A stretch of DNA of 64,000 bases from assembly GCA_026025795.1 (NCBI GenBank), contig JAPEUG010000026.1:1-64000 (forward strand). Reading direction: 5' to 3'. Position 1 is the first letter of the stretch. Every line of letters begins with the position of its first letter. The DNA is from Thelocarpon superellum. Its lineage: Eukaryota. The notes beneath the pieces were generated by a model. It did no database searches and was not told where the DNA came from. It was given only the letters and a program-made list of their open reading frames with translations. A program made the position numbers and the translations under genes. Shown here one piece after another: positions 56,477 to 64,000 of the stretch.

Positions 56477-59194
56477 ATGTCCGTCCCTCGACCGCTGCCG
56501 GGGTCCGGCTCGTCGCCAGACCTCGACATCCTCGGCGACCAAGTGACGATCCATCCGCAGGGCTACATCGATCCTCCGGCCGCTGCCGAGGAGTCGCACG
56601 ACCGGAACCTCGTTGAACACATGGCCCGCTTCCGCGAGTCGCCCTGGGACTTCCTGCGGGAGGTCAGCCTCCACGTCTCGGGCACGGGCTGGCGCGCCTA
56701 TGACCGCGTCATCGGGCAGCCCATCTTCTACCGAGGCTTCTCCGAGAACATGAAGGTGGCCGTCATGTCTACCCCGGCCCTGCAGCGGAAGGTCTCCGAG
56801 CTGGCCGCCCAGCGCGTCGCCGTCGAGGAGGCCGAGGGCCTCTTACAGCCGGACGACCCAGCCTTTGACATCAAGCGCGCCCAGCGCCGGACCTTCATCG
56901 AGACCAGCCTCTGGCAAGTGGTGGATCGATTGACCGAGGGCATGATCTGCAAGTTCGATAGCAAAGCCTTCATCCGCGGCGCATATTATCTGTGTACCCA
57001 ACTCCTTACCCGCGCCTATCACCAAGGTAGATCTGTGGTCCATCGACCTGCATTGCGGGCTAACATCTTTCATCCTAGGCATCCACGTGTCGAGTGAAGA
57101 GGTCCTCCGGTTACGGGCCGTGGCCGAACGAGCTGCGGCCCAGAAGCAATCCATCATCTTCCTACCCTGCCATCGCTCACATATAGATTACCTCTCCCTT
57201 CAAATCATCTGCTACCGCTTGGGGTTGGCTCTGCCCACCGTTGTGGCCGGCGACAATCTGAACTTTCCCGTCGTCGGTCCCTTCCTGCAGCATGCAGGTA
57301 CGTCTCCATTCCCTCTCCCGATTCCCCTGACTCACTCCGGCAGGTGCCATGTACATCCGGCGAAGCTTTGGCGATGATGTGTTGTACGGCACGTTGGTCC
57401 AGTCCTACATCGATACCCTCCTGCAGAAAGGTCACAACTTTGAGTGCTTCATCGGTCAGTGTCCATCTCTCCGTCGTACCCCCTCGTCACTGATGACGTA
57501 GAGGGCACCCGGTCGCGGACTGGAAAGCTACTCCCGCCCAAGTTTGGCATCCTCAGCTTCGTGCTGGATAGTCTGCTGTCAGGCAAGGTGGAGGATGCCA
57601 TCATCTGCCCCGTGAGCACCCAATACGACAAGGTCATTGAAACAGAGTGAGTGCCTCGACGAGGATCTTGAATGCTTTGCTGATGTGCGTAGGGGCTACG
57701 TCAATGAGCTACTGGGCATGCCGAAAAAGCAAGAGAATCTCGCCGACTTTTTGTCCGCGTCATCGGTGCTGTCGCTGAAGCTGGGTCGAGTCGATGTGCG
57801 ATTTCATGAGCCGTGGAGCATGCGTGACTTCGTCTCGTCCCAGCTCGTGCGACGAAATCACGTCTCGGCCGAGGTCGGCACGGCCGAGCTGAGTCCAGAG
57901 ATGCGCGTGCGCATCCTGCGCACCATGGGCTATCGAGTGCTGTCTGACATCAACGCCGTCTCGGTGGTGATGCCGACCAGTTTGATCGGGACCGTCCTGC
58001 TCACCCTGCGCGGTCGTGGGGTTGGCAAGGCGGAGCTGGTACGTCGCGTGGATTGGCTCAGTGACCGAGTGCGCGCCAAGGGTGGTCGCGTGGCTCATTT
58101 CGCCAATCTGCCGACGAGCGTGGTGGTGGACCGCGGGCTCGAGGTGCTGGGGCATAAGTTGGTGCAACGGGTGGAGGGTCTGGGCGAAGATACCTACGTC
58201 GCGGTTGATCGATTCCAACTCTCCTTCTACCGGAACATGACCATTCATCTCTTCATCTCCGAGGCGTTGCTCTCGGCCGGTTTATATACCCGCGTCAAGC
58301 AAGGTGGTGGTCCAGATCACCAGCGCATCTCCTACCCCGAGCTGCTCGAGCAGGTCTCCTTTCTTTCCCAGCTCTTCCGCGGCGAATTCATCTTTCCGAC
58401 GGAAGGGCTGATCACGAATGTGGACAAGACGCTGTCTGGTCTGGAAAAAGATCGGGTCCTGCACGTCGCTCGTGACCCGACGCGATCCAAGGCCCCCGGC
58501 GGCGTGCTGACGGTCGAATTGCATGATGCGGAACGACTCTGCGGGCGGGAGAACTTTGACTTTTACTGCTTTTTGATTTGGCCCTTCATCGAAGCCATCT
58601 GGCTGGGCGCAGTGTCATTGCTTGGCTTCACGCCTCCGCTCGACCGGCCAGGCAACGCGTGGATCGACGCGAAGCAAGCCCAAGAGCAGGCACAGTTGGT
58701 AGGCGGCCCACGACCACAGCGAGGAGGAGCATGCGCTAAGAGGGGAACAGCTCGGTAAGACGTTGTACCACCAGGGAGATCTTTCGTACTTTGAAGCGGT
58801 CAACAAAGAGACGTTGAAGAATGCGTATCAGCGGTTCGAGGAGGAGGGTATCATCGTCGTGTCCAAGAGCCGCGACAAACGCGTCCCAACGCGGATGAAA
58901 TTGGCGCCGGAATGGACACCACGACGTGATGACACGACGGGCGACATTGTGCCGGCGGGGAAGCTGTGGGACTTCACCGAGATGATCTCTCGGTCGCGCC
59001 GAGAGGGCAAGAATCGACGGGATGGCGCGACGGTGTCGACGAGGGTCTTGAGCTTGGCTGACAAGCTGGGCCGGGAGTTATTCGTCACCGCCACTACCTC
59101 TCCGAGTCCGTCTGTCGGGGGAACAGATGAAGATTCTGATTCCACGAGCTTGAAGAAGAGGAGACGTGCCATTAATGTATCTGCGCGACTGTAG
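56477..59194 (+). CDS. Glycerolipid acyltransferase of the GNPAT/DHAPAT-PlsB family; introns 57027-57078, 57298-57343, 57455-57501, 57647-57692, 58699-58750
   Basis: Acyltransferase motifs FLPCHRSHIDYL, GAMYIRR, FIEGTRSRTGK and ICPVSTQYD; C-terminal -ARL. Confidence 0.92.
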
Positions 59195-59418
59195 GTGGAT
59201 GCCGGCGTGGTGTCGGGGTTAAGGGGGGTGGTGGGCAAGATTTGTACTGTAGGCGCATCGGGCATGAGAGAGCGAAACGAACGAGGATGATCACAGTGCA
59301 TGAGCATCTCTCAGTTGTGCATCGTCATACAACCAGCAATCAAGAGAGAGCGTGAACCAAAAAGACAAGGAAAGTGCAAAAGGACATGGGAAGGGAGAAT
59401 TATCCTCCCATGAAGTCA

Positions 59419-59501
59419 TGCCTCCGGCCGGAATCGAACCGGCGATCTTCTCATATTCATGCAATTACGAGTGAGACGCTGTACCACTAAGCCACAGAGG
59501 C
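59419..59501 (-). tRNA. tRNA-Thr(CGT) with 11-nt intron
   Basis: GCCTCTG TGGCTTAGTGGTACAGC G TCTCA CT-CGT-A [ATTGCATGAAT] A TGAGA AGATC GCCGG TTCGATT CCGGC CGGAGGC A; A and B boxes present, cloverleaf closes, T-runs downstream. Confidence 0.95.
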
Positions 59502-59767
59502 ATTGCGAGACCTCTGGTATTACAATTTATAAACCTCTCCATTTAGGACTCCGACTGACCCACTTCCCACGACCATCCTTGCATCACGTCACGAATCACG
59601 AAGAGCACCCTCATCTCCGATATATGGCGACGGGGGGCTAGGCGAGCAGGGGTTTAACCTTATCCTCCTCTTCGTTCGTGTTGCTCTTGATTTCTTCTGG
59701 ACGCAACTCCTCGTCTTTGCACTCAGCCGTGCAGGGCTCAGCGCCGCACACTCGAAAACAAGACACC

Positions 59768-61172
59768 ATGCGGTCGAAGGAGAACATCCGCCTCGCGATC
59801 TTAGAATGCGACACGCCGATGACGCAAACGCGCGAGCAATTCGGCGGGTATGGAGGAGTCTTCAAGGCATTGCTGCGCGCTGCCGCTGCCGCTGCTCCTG
59901 ATAGTGCTGGTCGAGGACCTCGTTTTGTGATCAAGGACGTGTCGATCATGCATGATGTCCCAGGTGACAAGCAGGTGTTGGTGGTGGATAAGGGAGTGGG
60001 CGAGGAAGAGGGAGAAAGATTAAAAGGAAAGGAGGAAGAAGAAGCGGGAGAGGTAATCACCATTCAAGTCTCCTCGTGGAATATCGAACGAAATCCGAAT
60101 CTCTATCCGGATCCATCTGATATTGATGCTGTTTTACTTACTGGATCACGTAGGTTTGTTCTCTCTTGCTTTTCATTTTCGATCCCTATCCAGCGTTTTC
60201 CCGCTGCCCTTGTTCCGTCCGTTCTCTTCCCTTTCCTACCTCATCAACCTCCACGTCTATATACGACACTCCATCTACTGCTGACCATGCATAAAGGGCA
60301 TTCGGCGTATAGCGCAGACGAATGGATAACGCGGCTAGTGCAGTACATACGAACCATCATCGAACTGGAAGACAAGCACGTCTCGATCATCGGGGTCTGT
60401 TTCGGGCATCAGATCGTGGGAAGGGCGCTTGGGGCCGAAGTGCGACGGAACGACGACGGGTGGGAAGTCGCCGTTCTCCCCGTCACGTTGACGGATTTCG
60501 GACAGTCGTTGTTCTTCGGCGAAGACAGAGGGGAGAAGGTGACCAGGAGAGAGAAGCTGGTGGGTGGTTTTCTACGCATCCTCCCCCCTTCTCTTCCCTC
60601 CGTTCGATTTTCTTGCTGCTTCAATCTCTCTCTCCCCTTCCCTCTTCTTCTCTCCCCGTCCCTCCGCTGTGTCGCTTCTTCGCTCCTTTTCAAAATTGAA
60701 TTGCCCGCCAGGACAGGAAGAGAGACGACTGATGACGGATCATGTACCACAGAACATCCACCAAATGCACCGAGACATCGTCACGACCGTCCCATCAGCG
60801 CCCGAAGGGTCCTCGTCGAGAGTAGAGCTATTGGGAGCGACGGAGCGATGCCATGTTCAGGGATTCTACGTCGCCCCTCCATCCTGCACTACCGCTCCCT
60901 CGATAAAACCAACACCAGGCAAGAAGAATCTGGATGCCCAACTGCCCGGGATGATAACGCTACAAGGCCACCCGGAATTCACGGCCCCGATCGTGCGCGA
61001 AATCGTACAGACGAGGCACGAGCAGGGCGTTTTCAACGACGACGTCTACGAGGACGCGTTAAGGAGAGTGGGCAAGGGACATGACGGCGTCGTCGTCGCT
61101 GCTGCTTTTTTGAGGTTTCTGGCCCTCGCTGCTGTCGCCAGTGCTTCTGCTACTGCTGCTGCTGATGCTTAA
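59768..61172 (+). CDS. Class I glutamine amidotransferase-like protein (YLR126C-like); introns 60150-60296 and 60560-60752
   Basis: IRLAILECDTP; DAVLLTGSRHSAY; nucleophile elbow GVCFGHQ; IHQMHRD; LQGHPEF. Confidence 0.88.
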
Positions 61173-61692
61173 AATACACATGTAGAGGGATAGATCTCGA
61201 GGGTTTGATGTCGCAGATAATCACGAACATGCGAAACAGAAATAGGCACAAGCCTAATGAGTGGCAACTCGACTTTCGAGAAATTTACGTCTTATCCGCA
61301 CCACGTCGTCTTCTCTTCCTACATGGCAAAATATCTTTCACTTTCCCTTCGCATTCGTCAATATCTCTCTCCCTATTTGACAGTACCATCCCTCTGTTCC
61401 CTAGTAACCGTATCCTCTGACCACCTTAAATGATTGACGGAGGCCTGACGAATGATAGAAGAAGAATTCAAAAGGGTAAAGGTAGAAGAGGTGAAAGTAA
61501 AGGGAGAAGAGAAAAATAGGGGAACACTCGTAGGTTGTAGGGCGAGGATACCTCTTCCGACCCTTCGTAACCCCCCAGCCCCTTTATGTTTCTTTCCCAG
61601 GCCCTTTCCGCCATATATCCAACCAGAGTCATCAGTAGCAATTATGTCCATCCCCAACCGAGTCCATATCAGTCTTTGGCCATGGTGTCCCA

Positions 61693-63968
61693 TCAAAAAT
61701 TGAAATGACTGTGGTGCGGATGCTGGTTCGGCGCGACGTAGTAACTCTGATACGGGTGGTTCTGGTGGGAAAAGTCGGCATGGGCAAAGAGCGGGTTAAT
61801 GATTCCGCCGGGCCTCCGCTGAGCCGGCGGTGCCGGTGGAAGTGACGAGGTCGATGCTGCTGCTGGCGCCGCCGTTGGATATTGTGTGAAGGATGCCATG
61901 AGTGACGGGACGGCTTGCATCAGGCTCTGCTGCTGCTGCTGCTGCTGCTGCTGTTGTTGTTGCTGCTGCTGCTGTTGTTGCTGTTGCTGAAAGGCTTCTT
62001 CTCGATTCCAACCCCACTTCTCCTTCAGCTCCGTGTGGAGGAACCCTACCCGCCATCCCGTCTCCTTCTTGATTCGGTCGATGATCTGCAATACCTCCTC
62101 TTGCTCTCGCCGCACCACCAGGCATTCGGCGGCGATGGCCAAGGATCGGAGTGCCACGCTCGCAACGCCCCTGGTCACGTCAGAACTGAGCATGTCAGGA
62201 TGCGCATCACCGTACCGATCTTTGACGTGCGCCGTGATGCCGCAGATGTGATGCGAATGTGATTGCTGCATCACATGCATCTCCTCGCTATCTTTCGACA
62301 CCAGCGGATTCATCTGCGAGAGCAAACACATGGCCGTGTGATAAAAGAGTCGGGCCACGATCGTCGTTCGTTTGATCAGCCTGGCCTGTCAGCGGCGTGC
62401 ATCGCTCGAGGGATGCGTCACCTACCAAACCTCAGGAAAAGACGACTTCAGCGTCGTCTGGTACGGGTACAGATAGGCCATGGGATGCATCGTCCGGGGG
62501 ATGTTCTCGTTCCACGAGTCACACCACTCCTTCAACTTCTTCCACTCGCCGTATCGCTTCTGCAACCGCGCCTGCTCGTCCCGTGGATCCGCTTCCTGAA
62601 ATCGAGGAATCGACGCGCGGAAGTTGGCCACCTTGCCCACGATGTAGAGCATCCGGTGCGTCCACACCTCCTCCCGTCCAATCTCGGTCTCGCGCGAAAA
62701 GTCCATGTCCAGCCCCCAGTCATCCGGTTCCCACGAGGCTTGCCAGTTGAAGTGGAGGCAGCTCAGCACCTCCAGTCCCACGTTCAGCCAGAAGCACGCG
62801 GCGCCGATGCCCGTCGACCGCGCGCTCCAGTTACACTCCTTGATCAGCGCTCGCGCCCCAGCGATGTGGTTCATGCGTTGCAGCGCGCGCTCGGACATGA
62901 CTTCGTACACGTTCAAGATGACGGCCGTCGTGGCGCAAATGACCACGTCGCGATTCGGGTCCTGTAGCGACTTGAGCAAGCCCCGCGTCGCCGTGTCGTA
63001 GTAATGTAGCGCCTTATCCTCGTGGTAGGCCGGGTTGACCAGGGTCAGATGGCGCGCGCCGCAGGCGAGGAAGGCGTTCAGCAACATGGGTTCGCCGAGC
63101 GAGTGGAAGGGTAGAAGCCGGGAGAAGTGCTTCAACGGATCGAGACTGTCCATCCAGATGCCCACCTCTTCCACAAAGACCTGCATGAAGAGAACTTCCT
63201 CGGGCGAGTGGAGGTAGTCTTGCGTGTCATTAGGTGGCGTCAGCGTTTGCTCGGGATTGCTGTAGGAGGGCTGGGCAGGCGGATAGCTGCCGGTGGAATA
63301 GCTGCCGGATTCGCTCGTCGAGTTGGTGTGGTTGTGATGGCTTTCGCGGGCCTGCTCGCCCAGGGATGTAGGATTGGATTCGGGGTAAGTTTGGATGGCG
63401 GGGAGGGCGGGTTGTGACAAGGAGAGATCGGCATTGACGCCGTTGGTAAAGTCAAACGACGACTCGGGCTTGGGCACGCTGGCCTGATTCTGGCCCAGCG
63501 CCGCATAGCGCTCGAAGCCGCCACGGTACTCCGAGGCAATATCGCACGACTCATCGCGAAACCCCACTAGACCGCCAGCGTCAGTGGGAGCAGTGGCAGC
63601 GCAGGCAGTGACGATCTTCTCACCTTCCCAATCGTTCGTCACAGGCACAATAGGCGGAGATCGCACTTGGGTATCGATGAAGTTCAGCCGGACGCCGCGC
63701 TTGCAGATCCGATTCGACTTGCGGCAGTTCTGTTTTTCCGTCAGTCATGCCTCATGGCGACAGCGCCTCGAGCGACGCCCACCTGGCAGTGCGGTAATCC
63801 TTCGTCACCTGTGTCGCCAGGTATCAGCGCAAGCTTCCTAAGTGCCAACCCCTCGGCCAGTACTCACACTTTAGATGTCGTTCGCGACAGGTCAGGCTAC
63901 AAGACCTTGGTCAGTACTTTGTGTGGGGCGGAGGGTGGAGGATGGGGGGCGTAAATGAGCTCACCATC
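61693..63968 (-). CDS. Zn(II)2Cys6 transcription factor with fungal-specific TF domain, 5' end beyond the window (exons 63968-63965, 63896-63868, 63808-63783, 63729-63624, 63566-62426, 62380-62216, 62170-61693)
   Basis: Spliced (G)[69 protein letters not shown]; C-terminal polyQ. Confidence 0.9.
61927..61989 (-). repeat. CAG/CAA trinucleotide repeat encoding about 21 Gln
   Basis: 63-nt CTG/TTG run on the plus strand within the last exon of the TF. Confidence 0.93.
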
Positions 63969-64000
63969 CTAGAGCATGTTAGCAAGGTCCATGAACATTC

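Overview
Eukaryotic, GC-rich and CpG-rich DNA from a filamentous ascomycete (Pezizomycotina), judged from short GT-AG introns with CTRAC branch sites and fungal orthologues. I reconstruct 19 protein-coding genes: NHP6, a CENP-H-like gene, ATG11, mitochondrial bL9m, DEF1, a conserved hypothetical, an HVA1-Tudor protein, KES1/OSH4, a CSC1/OSCA channel, an orphan secreted protein, RPN1, RIO2, a Spo5-like RRM protein, ARG4, cytochrome P450 reductase, TAO3, a GNPAT/PlsB-like acyltransferase, a class I GATase-like protein and a 5'-truncated Zn2Cys6 factor. There is also one intron-containing tRNA-Thr(CGT). The only accessory-looking region is about 24.9-29.6 kb. It holds the orphan secreted gene flanked by three co-oriented solo LTRs. 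Two of these LTRs are nested, each with its own 5-bp TSD, inside a decayed TIR-bounded DNA transposon. The repeats have decayed mainly by CpG transitions rather than classical CpA RIP, and reversing those changes recovers an AT-hook in the transposon ORF and a phased array of CACGTG boxes in the LTR. Other points of interest are a GTACRAGTAC motif recurring in divergent promoters, a 4-nt microexon in the Zn2Cys6 domain, a GC-AG intron in RIO2 and a PTS1 on the acyltransferase. All gene models and alignments were made by eye, and no database searches were run.
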